The notes: a model not told the origin generated them from the sequence alone. A stretch of DNA of 64,000 bases from an uncultured Tenacibaculum sp. (GCA_947498055.1 CANMJA010000019.1:4524-68523); one strand, 5' to 3'; positions 49,760-60,659 are shown, counted from the stretch's first letter. Made by a program: numbers and translations.

Positions 49760-51025
49760 TTAAATTAAAAACTCAAATAAATTAGGCTTATCATTTAAAT
49801 ACTCTCCATAAAAGTTTAATGCTTTCATTCTTTTTATTAGAGGATCTAAATCTTGTTTTTTTTCTAATTCTATACCAACTACTGCAGGGCCATTTTCTCT
49901 ACTTGTTTTTTTTGAATATTCAAAAAAACTAATATCATCATTTTCTCCTAAAACATCTATCACAAACTCTTTTAATGCTCCCGAGCGTTGTGGAAAACGC
50001 ACTATAAAATAATGCTTTAATCCGCCATATAATAATGCACGTTCTTTTATCTCTGCAGTTCTGGTGATATCATTATTACTACCACTTACAATACATACTA
50101 CATTTTTTCCTTCAATTTCATCTTTAAAACTATCTAAAGCACTTATTGTTAAAGCTCCTGCTGGCTCTACAACAATCGCCTCTTTATTATACATTTCTAA
50201 AATTGTTTGACATACTTTTCCTTCTTCTACAGTTACCATTTCATCTAGGTTTTCTGTACAAATTTTATAGGTTAAATCTCCTACTTGTTGTACGGCTGCT
50301 CCATCAATAAATTTATCAATACTATCTAATTTTATATTTTTTTTATGCTGAATTGCCATTTGCATAGATGGTGCCCCGGCTGGCTCTACTCCTATTATTT
50401 TTGTTTTGGGAGATATTTGTTTAAAAATACTAGATAAGCCAGAAGCTAAACCACCTCCACCAACTGGAACAAATACATAATCTATTGGTGTATTTGTTTG
50501 TTCTATGATTTCTAAACCTACTGTTGCCTGACCTTCAATTATTTTTTCGTCATTAAAAGGGTGCACAAACGTTTTGTTACTAATTTTTTCTTCTTCTTTT
50601 GCTGCATGGTAGGCATCGTCAAATGTATCTCCTATCAATTGTATTTCTACAAACGTACCTCCAAACATTTTTACTTGTTCAATTTTTTGTTTTGGTGTAG
50701 GTGCTGGCATAAAAATAGTGCCATAAATTTCTTTTTTTCTACATGCCAAAGCTACTCCTTGCGCATGGTTTCCTGCACTTGCACAAACAATACCATTTAC
50801 TAACTCTTCTTTTGTTAAAGAATGAATTTTATTATATGCTCCTCTAATTTTATACGACCGAACTTGTTGTAAATCTTCTCTTTTTAAATTAATTTTTGCT
50901 TTAAATTGTGAAGATAAATTGTAGTTTTCTTGTAAAGGTGTTACGGATGTTATTTGTTTTAAAACAACGGCTGCCTTTTTTATATCGGATACTTTTGGAA
51001 AATAGGTATGTATGGTATCTTTCAT
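49760..51025 (-). CDS. ilvA: Threonine ammonia-lyase (biosynthetic)
   Basis: KREDLQ.VRSYKIRGA PLP lysine motif, SAGNHAQG, VGGGGL, one ACT-like C-terminal domain. Confidence 0.95.
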   Translation of the reverse strand: MKDTIHTYFPKVSDIKKAAVVLKQITSVTPLQENYNLSSQFKAKINLKREDLQQVRSYKIRGAYNKIHSLTKEELVNGIVCASAGNHAQGVALACRKKEIYGTIFMPAPTPKQKIEQVKMFGGTFVEIQLIGDTFDDAYHAAKEEEKISNKTFVHPFNDEKIIEGQATVGLEIIEQTNTPIDYVFVPVGGGGLASGLSSIFKQISPKTKIIGVEPAGAPSMQMAIQHKKNIKLDSIDKFIDGAAVQQVGDLTYKICTENLDEMVTVEEGKVCQTILEMYNKEAIVVEPAGALTISALDSFKDEIEGKNVVCIVSGSNNDITRTAEIKERALLYGGLKHYFIVRFPQRSGALKEFVIDVLGENDDISFFEYSKKTSRENGPAVVGIELEKKQDLDPLIKRMKALNFYGEYLNDKPNLFEFLI

Positions 51026-51046
51026 CTATAGACTATTAAATTTTCT

Positions 51047-51077
51047 AAAAAAACAAGGAGCTGAAACTCCTTGTTTT
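51047..51077 (-). terminator. Intrinsic terminator-like hairpin between ilvC and ilvA
   Basis: On the minus strand AAAACAAGGAG-TTTCAG-CTCCTTGTTTTTTT, about 20 nt before the ilvA start. Confidence 0.55.
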
Positions 51078-51229
51078 GTTTTATTCAGATTTTTATAGAG
51101 AATTTTTTAAACTAAAAATTATTGCTTCTTTGTTAACTAGATTAAGTAGAAAAATATATTTTACTGATTAAAGATGAGTAAACAATCTTTTTACTCTCAT
51201 TTTGCCAATTCTTTATAACTATAAATCCT

Positions 51230-52732
51230 TTAAATTAAAACTGGTTCTTCTAATCTTTCTGCTTTTAAAGATTTCATAGAAACCATTGCTTCTCTAAGTT
51301 GTTCTCCTATTTTTTCTATCGGATGATTTCTTATTGCTTTATTTACTTTTATTAACTCTAAATTATCTACCGACTTAGCATCTGTATACGCCTCTCCTAT
51401 AATACTTGTTTCTACCGATTTCATGAAATTTGTTAATAGAGGTTTTGCAGCATGGTCAAATAAGTAACATCCATACTCTGCGGTATCAGAAATAATTCGA
51501 TTCATTTCAAATAATTTCTTTCGTGCTACGGTATTTGCTATTAATGGTAGTTCGTGTAACGATTCGTAATAAGCAGATTCTGATATAATACCAGATGCTA
51601 CCATGGTTTCAAAAGCCAATTCTACTCCTGCTTTTACAAAAGCAACTAGTAACACTCCTTTATCAAAATATTCTTGCTCTGTAATCTCAGATACAGTAGC
51701 CTTTGATTTTTCAAAATTCGTTTCTCCAGTTGCTGCTCTCCAACTTAATAAGTTCACATCATCATTTGCCCAATCTTCCATCATTGTTTTAGAAAAATGA
51801 CCAGACATTATATCGTCCATATGTTTTTCAAACAAAGGCTTTAATAACTCTCTTAATTCTTCTGAAAGTTGATATGCTTTAATTTTCGCTGCATTAGATA
51901 AACGATCCATCATATTGGTAATACCTCCATGTTTTAATGCTTCTGTAATCGTTTCCCATCCATACTGTACCAATTTACTTGCATAATCTGGTGCTATTCC
52001 TTCTGCTACCATTTTGTCAAACGATAAAATAGAGGCTGTTTGTAACACTCCACATAAAATGGTCTGCTCTCCCATTAAATCAGATTTCACCTCTGCCACA
52101 AAAGACGATTCTAATACTCCTGCCTTATGCCCTCCGGTTGCAAATGCATATGCTTTTGCTTCTTCTAAACCTTTATTTTCTGGGTCGTTTTCTGGATGTA
52201 CAGCAATTAATGTTGGCACACCAAATCCACGTTTATACTCTTCTCTTACTTCACTCCCAGGACATTTAGGTGCTACCATAATTACAGTTATATCTTTACG
52301 CACTTGCATCCCTTCTTCTACAATATTAAAACCATGTGAATATGATAATGTCGCTCCTTGCTTCATTAAGGGCATAATCGCATTTACCACATTGGTATGC
52401 TGCTTATCTGGTGTTAAATTACAAACCACATCTGCCGTAGGTATTAACTCGTCATACGTACCTACTACAAACTCATTTTGTTTTGCATTTTTATAAGAAG
52501 CTCGCTGTTCTTTAATTGCTCCTTCTCTTAGTGCATAAGATACATCTAAACCAGAATCACGCATATTTAAACCTTGATTTAAACCTTGTGCTCCACAACC
52601 TACTATCACTACTTTTTTATTTTTTAATACTGAAATTCCTTCTGAGAATTCTGTAGAATCCATTAATCTACATTTTCCAAGTTGCTCTAATTTTCCTGCT
52701 AATGATAGTGTATTGAAATAATTTGTTGCCAT
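51230..52732 (-). CDS. ilvC: Ketol-acid reductoisomerase, long (class II) form
   Basis: [41 protein letters not shown]. Confidence 0.97.
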   Translation of the reverse strand: MATNYFNTLSLAGKLEQLGKCRLMDSTEFSEGISVLKNKKVVIVGCGAQGLNQGLNMRDSGLDVSYALREGAIKEQRASYKNAKQNEFVVGTYDELIPTADVVCNLTPDKQHTNVVNAIMPLMKQGATLSYSHGFNIVEEGMQVRKDITVIMVAPKCPGSEVREEYKRGFGVPTLIAVHPENDPENKGLEEAKAYAFATGGHKAGVLESSFVAEVKSDLMGEQTILCGVLQTASILSFDKMVAEGIAPDYASKLVQYGWETITEALKHGGITNMMDRLSNAAKIKAYQLSEELRELLKPLFEKHMDDIMSGHFSKTMMEDWANDDVNLLSWRAATGETNFEKSKATVSEITEQEYFDKGVLLVAFVKAGVELAFETMVASGIISESAYYESLHELPLIANTVARKKLFEMNRIISDTAEYGCYLFDHAAKPLLTNFMKSVETSIIGEAYTDAKSVDNLELIKVNKAIRNHPIEKIGEQLREAMVSMKSLKAERLEEPVLI

Positions 52733-52761
52733 TATTATTTGTTTTTAAGCTTTTCGCTTTT

Positions 52762-53595
52762 TTATTTTGTTTTTTCTAACAGATAAAAGTTTTCATTCAA
52801 AATATCTGTTTCTCTTTTGTTTACTGAATGATTTACTTCTTTAGAATACGTAAAGTAATCTTTGTGTTCTTTTATTTTGTACGCTAGTTTTTCTTTATAA
52901 AAATTAGTTTGTAGTGTTAAATAATCTTCTTTTGTTGTTTTTGAAATTCTTGCATTAAAAAAATGTAATAACCTAGAAAAAGCATTGGTTTCTTTTATAG
53001 AATGGCTAAAAGATACGCTTCCTAAATAATCTCCTTTATTTTGAATATTATTAAAGAAATCAAATAATTTCTCAGCTTTATCTCTGTGCAAAAAGAACAA
53101 TACTCCTTCTATTAAAACAAATGACTTTTTATTGTTTTTTATAGTTTGAATTTTGGTATATAATTCTTCTTCATAATTTTCTTCAAAATCAGCTCCTAAA
53201 AAATGAATTTTACGTTTTGGTAATTCGCCTACCTTCATCCAATTCGATATTCTATTTTTCTTATGCTCAATAATATCTGATTTATCTATTTCTATATGCT
53301 CTAATGATGCATTTAATAAAAAAGGATACATACTAAAACCTGCACCAAAATTGATTAGAATTTCTATGTTGTGCTCTTTAAAAAGTTGTTGAATTTTGTC
53401 TAAAAAAAATCTATTTCGTACACAGTGGGTAGATATTTCTTCTTCAGAAACTTCTTTTAAGTAATCGGTTACCCATGCTTTTGTTTTTCTATTGTTCCAG
53501 AGTTTTGAATATGAATCTTTACTTAAAGAGACATTCATAGCCCTAAACATAGAGGTCATAAAAGCTGTTTCGTGTATTTCTATATTTTTTTCCAC
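52762..53595 (-). CDS. Class I SAM-dependent methyltransferase (LCM/O-methyltransferase-like)
   Basis: 'ETAFMT..RA', 'VRNRFF', NFGAGF, 'EID', LIEGVLFFL; GTG start 3 nt after the ilvN stop. Confidence 0.75.
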   Translation of the reverse strand: MEKNIEIHETAFMTSMFRAMNVSLSKDSYSKLWNNRKTKAWVTDYLKEVSEEEISTHCVRNRFFLDKIQQLFKEHNIEILINFGAGFSMYPFLLNASLEHIEIDKSDIIEHKKNRISNWMKVGELPKRKIHFLGADFEENYEEELYTKIQTIKNNKKSFVLIEGVLFFLHRDKAEKLFDFFNNIQNKGDYLGSVSFSHSIKETNAFSRLLHFFNARISKTTKEDYLTLQTNFYKEKLAYKIKEHKDYFTYSKEVNHSVNKRETDILNENFYLLEKTK

Positions 53596-53598
53596 TTT

Positions 53599-54114
53599 TT
53601 AATCTAACATAGTTGATATTTTCATTGCTTCTTTAGTAATAGCTATACGTCCAGAACGTACAAATTGCATAATACCATGTTTATCTAAAATGTTATATAA
53701 TTCTTCCAATTCTTCTTTAGAACCTGATTTCTCTAATACAAAAAAGTCTTTATTTATATTAATTACTCTCGATTTACTTTGATTAATAATCATTTGAATT
53801 TCATCATTCTCTATTAGTAAATCAGAACTCAACTTAAACAAACAAGACTCTTGATAAATAGTTTCTTCATCAGAATGATAAAATGCTTTAATTACCTCTA
53901 CTTGCTTTTCAATTTGACCAATTATTTTTTTCATTTGATCTTCAGGAATCTTCACTAAAATAGTAATCCTAGATACATTTTTAATTTCTGACTTTGAACT
54001 ATTTATACTTTCTATATTTATATGTCTACGTTGAAATATTGCAGAAATACGATTCAATAATCCTACATTATTTTCGGTATAAATAGATACTGTATAGGTG
54101 TTTTTTGTACTCAT
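53599..54114 (-). CDS. ilvN: Acetolactate synthase small subunit
   Basis: EN.VGLLNRI..IFQRR.INIES ACT domain; FVRSGRIA. Confidence 0.95.
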   Translation of the reverse strand: MSTKNTYTVSIYTENNVGLLNRISAIFQRRHINIESINSSKSEIKNVSRITILVKIPEDQMKKIIGQIEKQVEVIKAFYHSDEETIYQESCLFKLSSDLLIENDEIQMIINQSKSRVININKDFFVLEKSGSKEELEELYNILDKHGIMQFVRSGRIAITKEAMKISTMLD

Positions 54115-54119
54115 AATTA

Positions 54120-55853
54120 TTAACTTAATCTAACTTCTGAAACCGACGAACCAGTAGCAATCATTGGAAATACATTATCTTCTTTTTCTACACATACTTC
54201 TAAAAAATATGCCTCTTCAGATTCTATCATTTCTTTTATTGATTTTTCTAAATCTTCCCGCTTTGTTACTCTATTTGCTTTTAAATGATATCCTTTTGCT
54301 ATAGCTACAAAATCTGGATTTGTCATTTCTGTGGAAGCATATCGTTTATCAAAAAACAACTGTTGCCATTGACGAACCATTCCTAGATATTCATTATTTA
54401 AAACTACTATTTTAACTGCCGCTTTAGTTTGTAAAATAGTTCCTAATTCTTGAATCGTCATTTGGTAACCTCCATCTCCAATTACTGCTACCACTTCTCT
54501 ATCTGGCGCTCCCATTTTTGCTCCAATAGCAGCTGGTAATGCAAATCCCATGGTACCTAAACCACCAGATGTAATATTACTTTTTGTTTGACTAAATTCA
54601 GCATAACGACAGGCAATCATTTGATGTTGACCAACATCACTAACTATAATGGCTTTTCCTTCAGAAGCATTGTTGATTTCTTTTATTACTTCTCCCATTG
54701 TTAAGCCTTCTTTAGTAGGATATAAATCTTTTTTTATCACCTTATCGAACTCTATAGCATCATAATCTCTAAATTTCTGTAACCAATCTTTATGCATATT
54801 CTCTTTTACAAAAGGTGCTATTGCTTTTAATGTTTCTTTTGCATTTCCTAAAACAGCTACATCTGCTTTTACATTTTTATCTATCTCTGCCGGATCTATT
54901 TCAAAATGAATCACTTTTGCTTGCTTTGCATACCTACTTAAATCACCAGTAACTCGATCATCAAAACGCATTCCTATAGCAATTAGTAAATCACATTCGT
55001 TGGTTAATTTATTGGGACCATAATTACCATGCATACCTACCATACCAACATGCAATGGATGTTTTGTAGGTAATGCAGACAATCCTAATAAGGTACTTGC
55101 AGATGGTATTCCTGTTTTTTCTATAAAGCTTTCAAACTCTTTTTCTGCTTCTCCTAATACGATACCTTGCCCCCATATTATAAATGGTTTTTTAGCTTCA
55201 TTAATTAAATTTGCAGCCTCTTTTATTGCTTCTATATTTAATTCTGGTACCGCTTTATAACTTCTAACTGAAGTACACTTTTCATATGAAAAATCGAATT
55301 GTTCAAATTGCGCATCTTTTGTTATATCTATTAACACAGGACCTGGCCTACCTGAACGCGCTATATAAAATGCTTTTGCAAATATTTCTGGTATTTCGCT
55401 TGCTTTTGTTATTTGATAATTCCATTTTGTTACTGGAGTAGAAATTCCTACTATATCTGTTTCTTGAAAAGCATCTGACCCTAGTAAATGAGATGCAACC
55501 TGACCTGTAATACACACCATTGGTGTAGAATCTATTTGTGCGTCTGCAATACCTGTTATTAAATTAGTAGCTCCAGGTCCAGAAGTTGCCATGGCTACTC
55601 CCACTTTTCCTGTTGCTCTTGCATACCCTTGCGCGGAATGTGTTGCTCCTTGTTCGTGACGTGTAAGTACATGATTCAATTTATCTTCGTACTTATATAA
55701 CTCGTCATATACTGGCATAATAGCTCCTCCTGGGTAACCATATAAAATATCTACTCCTTCTGCCAATAAACATTTTACAACTGCTTCAGCACCAGAAATA
55801 GTTATATTGGTTTGTATCTCTTCTTTTTTTGATTTTTTTTCTCTAGTTTCCAT
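54120..55853 (-). CDS. ilvB: Acetolactate synthase large subunit
   Basis: YGYPGGAIM, RHEQGA, TSGPGATN, GDGGYQM...NN ThDP motif. Confidence 0.96.
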   Translation of the reverse strand: METREKKSKKEEIQTNITISGAEAVVKCLLAEGVDILYGYPGGAIMPVYDELYKYEDKLNHVLTRHEQGATHSAQGYARATGKVGVAMATSGPGATNLITGIADAQIDSTPMVCITGQVASHLLGSDAFQETDIVGISTPVTKWNYQITKASEIPEIFAKAFYIARSGRPGPVLIDITKDAQFEQFDFSYEKCTSVRSYKAVPELNIEAIKEAANLINEAKKPFIIWGQGIVLGEAEKEFESFIEKTGIPSASTLLGLSALPTKHPLHVGMVGMHGNYGPNKLTNECDLLIAIGMRFDDRVTGDLSRYAKQAKVIHFEIDPAEIDKNVKADVAVLGNAKETLKAIAPFVKENMHKDWLQKFRDYDAIEFDKVIKKDLYPTKEGLTMGEVIKEINNASEGKAIIVSDVGQHQMIACRYAEFSQTKSNITSGGLGTMGFALPAAIGAKMGAPDREVVAVIGDGGYQMTIQELGTILQTKAAVKIVVLNNEYLGMVRQWQQLFFDKRYASTEMTNPDFVAIAKGYHLKANRVTKREDLEKSIKEMIESEEAYFLEVCVEKEDNVFPMIATGSSVSEVRLS

Positions 55854-55864
55854 ATTACTGATAT

Positions 55865-57541
55865 TTAAAATTCATCTGTAACACATCCGTTAGATGCTGA
55901 TGCTACTGTTTTTGCATATTTATATAATACACCTCTTTTTACTTTTAATGGTGGTGCAACCCATTTGCTTTTTCTATCTTCTATTTCTTCTGGTGAAATT
56001 TCTAAATTAATCGTATTCGTTTCTGCATTAATAGAAATAATGTCTCCATCTTTTACCAAGGCTATTACGCCTCCTTCTTGTGCTTCTGGAGTTATATGAC
56101 CTACCACAAAACCATGCGTTCCACCAGAAAAACGACCATCTGTAATTAACGCAACATCATTACCTAAACCAGCTCCCATAATAGCTGCAGTTGGCTTTAA
56201 CATTTCCGGCATTCCTGGTCCTCCTTTTGGACCTTCATAACGAATTACTACCACATCTCCTTTTTCTACTTCTCCGTTTTTTATTCCTTCATTGGCTTTA
56301 AATTCTCCTTCAAACACTTTTGCTTTTCCAGAAAAATACAACCCCTCTTTTCCTGTTATTTTAGCTACAGAACCTTCTTTTGCCAAATTGCCATATAACA
56401 TTCGTAAGTGCCCTGTTTCTTTTATTGGGTCATCTATCGATTTAATAACTTCTTGTCCGGTAAGCAAACTAGGTACTCCTTGTAAATTTTCTGCTAAAGT
56501 TTTTCCTGTTACTGTTAAACAATCGCCATGTAATAAGCCTTTTTCTAATAAGTACTTTAAAACTGCTGGCGTACCTCCTACTCGGTGTACATCTTCCATT
56601 AAGTATTTTCCGCTTGGTTTTAAATCTGCTAAAAATGGAGTTTCATCTGAAATACGTTGAAAATCTTTCAATGTAAATGCGACATCAGCTGCTTTTGCAA
56701 TGGCTAAAAAGTGTAAAACAGCATTTGTAGAACCTCCCATTATGGTTACCAAACGAACTGCATTTTCTAATGATTTTTTAGTTACTATATCTGATGGTTT
56801 AATATCTTTTTCTAGTAATACTCGTAAAGCTTCTCCTGCTTTTACACACTCTTTTTCTTTGTTTTTACTAATTGCTGGGTTAGAAGAATTATATGGCAAG
56901 CTCATACCCAATGCTTCTATTGCAGAAGCCATTGTATTGGCAGTATACATACCACCACAAGCTCCTGCTCCTGGAATAGCTTTTTCTATTACACTTTGAT
57001 ATTCTTTTTGTGTTATAGTACCGGCTACTTTACTACCCCAAGCTTCAAAGGCAGAAACAATATCTAATTTTTTTCCTTGATGGCAACCAGAAGCTATTGT
57101 CCCTCCATATACTAAGACAGAAGGTCTATTTAATCGTAACATAGCCATTAAAGCACCTGGCATATTTTTATCGCAACCTACTACGGTAACCAAACCATCG
57201 TATGCCATAGCTTCTACAACCGTTTCCATAGAATCTGCAATAACATCGCGAGAAGGTAATGAAAATCGCATTCCTGGTGTTCCCATAGAAATACCATCAG
57301 AGACGCCTATTGTATTAAAAATAAGTCCGATTAAATCGACATTTTGTGTTCCTTCTTTAACCAATTTGGCTAAATCGTTTAAATGCATGTTACACGGATT
57401 TCCTTCGTATCCGGTACTTGCAATTCCTACCAATGGTTTTTGTAAATCTTCTTTTGTTAAACCAATAGCATGCAACATTGCTTGTGCTGCTGGTTGTGTA
57501 TCGTCTTGCGTTACTTGTTTACTAAACTTATTTAATTCCAT
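55865..57541 (-). CDS. ilvD: Dihydroxy-acid dehydratase
   Basis: [32 protein letters not shown]. Confidence 0.97.
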   Translation of the reverse strand: MELNKFSKQVTQDDTQPAAQAMLHAIGLTKEDLQKPLVGIASTGYEGNPCNMHLNDLAKLVKEGTQNVDLIGLIFNTIGVSDGISMGTPGMRFSLPSRDVIADSMETVVEAMAYDGLVTVVGCDKNMPGALMAMLRLNRPSVLVYGGTIASGCHQGKKLDIVSAFEAWGSKVAGTITQKEYQSVIEKAIPGAGACGGMYTANTMASAIEALGMSLPYNSSNPAISKNKEKECVKAGEALRVLLEKDIKPSDIVTKKSLENAVRLVTIMGGSTNAVLHFLAIAKAADVAFTLKDFQRISDETPFLADLKPSGKYLMEDVHRVGGTPAVLKYLLEKGLLHGDCLTVTGKTLAENLQGVPSLLTGQEVIKSIDDPIKETGHLRMLYGNLAKEGSVAKITGKEGLYFSGKAKVFEGEFKANEGIKNGEVEKGDVVVIRYEGPKGGPGMPEMLKPTAAIMGAGLGNDVALITDGRFSGGTHGFVVGHITPEAQEGGVIALVKDGDIISINAETNTINLEISPEEIEDRKSKWVAPPLKVKRGVLYKYAKTVASASNGCVTDEF

Positions 57542-57901
57542 GTTAAACTGCTTTCGCTTTAATTCTTAATTTTAAAACTTCTTCTTTATATAAATTATAT
57601 GTATGCATTCTTTAATCTTTTAAAATTTCAAAGGTTTTAAAACCTTTCTTCATTTTCTACATTAATAAGATCTTACATCTTCAAAAACACCATTTTCATA
57701 CTATAAATTTTTATTATAAAAAACTATAGTTTTCTCGTTGAAATACATTTTTAGTTCTTTTTATGATTCTAAATTATTTTATTCGTTTTTTTATTTTTTT
57801 ATTTTGTTTTAAACCAAATGATTTCCAGCGCAAATTAATATCACTTAAACAACTGAAAAACAATTAATTAAACCTATCTCAAATATCACATTCACAGAAA
57901 T

Positions 57902-57938
57902 AAAAAAAGCCTGTATTAATACGTTGATACAGGCTTTT
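57902..57938 (-). terminator. Attenuator terminator (proximal) of the ilvD leader
   Basis: On the minus strand AAAAGCCTGTATCAA-CGTA-TTAATACAGGCTTTTTTT. Its 5' arm CTGTATCAAC is also complementary to GTTGATACAG across the leader stop codon. Confidence 0.85.
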
Positions 57939-57961
57939 ATAGGATAATATTATATTCTGTA

Positions 57962-58024
57962 TCAACTCGGTGACGAACTGATAATGACTGTAATAATTAT
58001 AATTCTGTTTATTATTTTATTCAT
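57962..58024 (-). CDS. Proximal ilv leader peptide MNKIINRIIIITVIISSSPS
   Basis: 20 codons including 8 Ile and 1 Val, directly followed by antiterminator/terminator sequences. Confidence 0.85.
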   Translation of the reverse strand: MNKIINRIIIITVIISSSPS

Positions 58025-58032
58025 TTTATCTC

Positions 58033-58065
58033 AAAAAAAAAGCTTCCTAAATTTAGGAAGCTTTT
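58033..58065 (-). terminator. Attenuator terminator (distal)
   Basis: On the minus strand AAAAAGCTTCCTAA-AT-TTAGGAAGCTTTTTTTTT. AGGAAG just after the distal leader stop can pair with CTTCCT of the 5' arm. Confidence 0.8.
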
Positions 58066-58096
58066 TGATTATATTTTAGTTTAAACATACTTCCTT

Positions 58097-58159
58097 TTAT
58101 CCTTGTAATATAATTACAAAGACAATAATAGAAATGATATTTAAAATCTGTTCTTTCAT
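58097..58159 (-). CDS. Distal ilv leader peptide MKEQILNIISIIVFVIILQG
   Basis: 20 codons including 7 Ile, 2 Val and 2 Leu, followed by a terminator hairpin. Confidence 0.75.
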   Translation of the reverse strand: MKEQILNIISIIVFVIILQG

Positions 58160-58892
58160 GTATATGTGCAAATATTGCTTATTATTTTTGAATTATCCTA
58201 ATTATTTTAAACAAAAAAATAAAATATTTTTTTATTTAAAATAACACCATCTATAAATTAAATTATGAGAATAAATAAGTCTTTTTCTTCTATATATTTA
58301 ATTAGAAAAAAAATTAAAGTATCGTTTAAATGTACTTAGTCTATTTATAAAAAATAGTTTTTACACAAAGTAATTTTAATGAAAATACAATAAAGTTAAA
58401 CACAATTTTGTTTAGCTAATTGTTGGCTTTAACTACCCAAAAAATTGCAAAATTGAATGAAACTGGCTGAATTTGAAAAAAACTCAAGAATTACGAAAAG
58501 TCAAGACTTCTTATTTGCGAAGGAAATTCATTAGAAGGCAGAATATTAAGTATAAACTCTAATTATTAGCTTCTCTAAACTATACACTAATTACCACAGT
58601 ATTGCTAAAATATTTACTATACCAAAAACTAATTTTTATACAAGACTTCTAGCAACAATAATTCTATTAGTTTTTTTAAATTTTTAACATTTGTATAATT
58701 GATTATAGATACAAGTTTTCGAAATAAGAGAAATGAATCTAGTTAATTTTCTAAAAAAACCAGAAGGTTATGTAGTATATTTACTATTTAATATATACAA
58801 TATAAAAAAAACCATTGAAATGGTATCTACATAAAAAAAGATCATAAACACTTGTATAATAAATTCTTTAAAAATTAAAAAATAGATTTAAA

Positions 58893-59468
58893 ATGAATTT
58901 AGATAATTTTAAAATTCAGATTAGAAAAATAACCGATTTTTCTGAAGAAGACTGCTCTATGTTTATTCCATATTTGAATCGAAAAAAAATTAAAAAAGGA
59001 GATTTTCTCTTAAAAGAAGGTCAAAAATCAAATGAAATAGCATTTATTGAAAAAGGTATACTTAGGTTATTTTATTTATCAGATGGAAAAGAAATTAATA
59101 ATCATTTTTTTTTGAAAAATGATTATGCTGTTTCTTACTTAGATTTTCTGAAAAATAGACCAAGCCGATATTACATTCAAGCATTAGAAGATTGTGAATT
59201 GTTTACTTTTAGTGCTGAAGCTCTTAAAAATGCCTATGATAAATCTAAAAATTGGGAACGATTTGGAAGAATAATCGCTGAAAGCGTTTATGCAATTGCT
59301 ACCAACCGCTTTGAATCTTTTTTATTTCTCTCTGCTAAAGAAAGATATTTACAAATGATTAATGATTACCCTAAATTTATTAAACGAATCCCCCTCTATC
59401 ATCTTGCTTCTTATTTAGGAATCGAAAGAGAAAGCTTAAGTCGTATTAGAAAGGAAATTATAAAATAA
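58893..59468 (+). CDS. Crp/Fnr family transcriptional regulator
   Basis: cNMP-binding domain (LLKEGQ..IAFIEKG.LR) and C-terminal HTH (LASYLGIERESLSRIR). Confidence 0.9.
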   Translation: MNLDNFKIQIRKITDFSEEDCSMFIPYLNRKKIKKGDFLLKEGQKSNEIAFIEKGILRLFYLSDGKEINNHFFLKNDYAVSYLDFLKNRPSRYYIQALEDCELFTFSAEALKNAYDKSKNWERFGRIIAESVYAIATNRFESFLFLSAKERYLQMINDYPKFIKRIPLYHLASYLGIERESLSRIRKEIIK

Positions 59469-59513
59469 TATACGAGTGTAACATACATCAATTTTTAATC
59501 ATTGACTTCGATA

Positions 59514-59521
59514 TACTTTTG
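59514..59521 (+). promoter_or_regulatory. Bacteroidota -7 promoter element for the 59560 gene
   Basis: TACTTTTG fits TAnnTTTG; an FNR-like GTAAC-N4-ATCAA lies upstream at 59478-59491. Confidence 0.5.
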
Positions 59522-59559
59522 TAGTGTTAATTAATTATTCACTTTAAAAGTAAAATATC

Positions 59560-60189
59560 ATGAAAAAAACAGTAATTTATTTTGCCTTTGCCTTGGCAAC
59601 TTTATTAAGCTCTTGTAAAACACCAAATAAAATTATTATTCCACCAAGTAAAACACTCCCAACAGTTAAAGATAACTATTCAATTATTTGGGTTGGAAGT
59701 GGTGAAGCTTATGTTTTTAATGCTGGAGAGTATATAAGAAACGAATCAAATGATTATTCCTTTGAAGTAGTGCAAAGAAGATATGGGAATCTTTGGAAAT
59801 CTATCAAAAATATGCACCGAATTCATCCTGATTATGATGGAAAAGCTGGAAAGAGAGAGCAAACTATGTTTTTTGAAATTGACTTCTCTAAACAAGATGA
59901 AAAAATCGTATCTAAAATAAATTCTTCTTTAGGTAACGGAACTGGTGTTACAGATAATGAATTTAGAAAGCAAGTAATTCAATTTTCAGTTGATAATATT
60001 AGCTCATTTGCTCCATACAATACAATGAGAATTTCTCAGAAATATAAATATGAAGAAGGAATATTACTAGAAACCGTTGAATTATTTAAACTCTTGGATG
60101 GTAAAGAAACACCTTTTGCAAAAATTGAGGAAAGAGCAGTAATTTTTAGACCTGTAGCTTTAAAAGATGCTCCAAATAAATTTGAATAA
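59560..60189 (+). CDS. Hypothetical lipoprotein
   Basis: Lipobox LLSSC. Confidence 0.7.
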   Translation: MKKTVIYFAFALATLLSSCKTPNKIIIPPSKTLPTVKDNYSIIWVGSGEAYVFNAGEYIRNESNDYSFEVVQRRYGNLWKSIKNMHRIHPDYDGKAGKREQTMFFEIDFSKQDEKIVSKINSSLGNGTGVTDNEFRKQVIQFSVDNISSFAPYNTMRISQKYKYEEGILLETVELFKLLDGKETPFAKIEERAVIFRPVALKDAPNKFE

Positions 60190-60192
60190 AAC

Positions 60193-60633
60193 ATGTGGTT
60201 ATACTCAATAGGAACTTATTTACATTTTATATCCATTTTCATTTTGTTTTCTGTATTAGTTATTGAACTCTGTATTATAAAAAGAAAAATGACTTATAGT
60301 AATTTTTTAATCCTTAAAAAAGCTGACTTATTTTTCGGTGTATTTGCAGCGTTAACAGTTATTACAGGTTTATTTAGAATCTATTATTTTGGTAAAGGAA
60401 AAGATTATTATTTAACAAATTATATATTTATCTTAAAATTTTCTCTATTCATTTTAGTTGGTTTGTTGTCAATTTATCCTACACTTCAATTTTTAAAATT
60501 AGGAAAATTAAAGGTTAAGTTTATCGAGTTAAAACAGTTTAAAATAATAGTGTTTCTACTTAAGATCGAATTAATTTTACTTTTAATAATTCCATTTTTA
60601 GCTGTTTTAGTAGCAAAAGGAGTTGAAATATGA
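60193..60633 (+). CDS. DUF2214-like membrane protein
   Basis: Four hydrophobic segments; 'AD..(F/Y)G..A...TG..R..YFGKG..YY..N..F..K..LF..VGLLSIYPT' pattern. Confidence 0.75.
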   Translation: MWLYSIGTYLHFISIFILFSVLVIELCIIKRKMTYSNFLILKKADLFFGVFAALTVITGLFRIYYFGKGKDYYLTNYIFILKFSLFILVGLLSIYPTLQFLKLGKLKVKFIELKQFKIIVFLLKIELILLLIIPFLAVLVAKGVEI

Positions 60634-60659
60634 TAAATTATTAAACTATAATTGAGTTG

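Noticed and set aside
51168-51200. MRVKRLFTHL as a third attenuator leader for ilvA
   Set aside because: Not enriched in Ile/Thr/Val codons and no convincing antiterminator pairing.
45310-57569. Plus-strand ORFs overlapping susC and the ilv genes
   Set aside because: Antisense shadows of well-conserved genes.
58400-58570. Possible decayed coding sequence (LIVGFNYPK / AKLNETG / RLLICEGNSLEG-like)
   Set aside because: Needs several frameshifts and stops, and no family is recognised; unsupported without a translated search.
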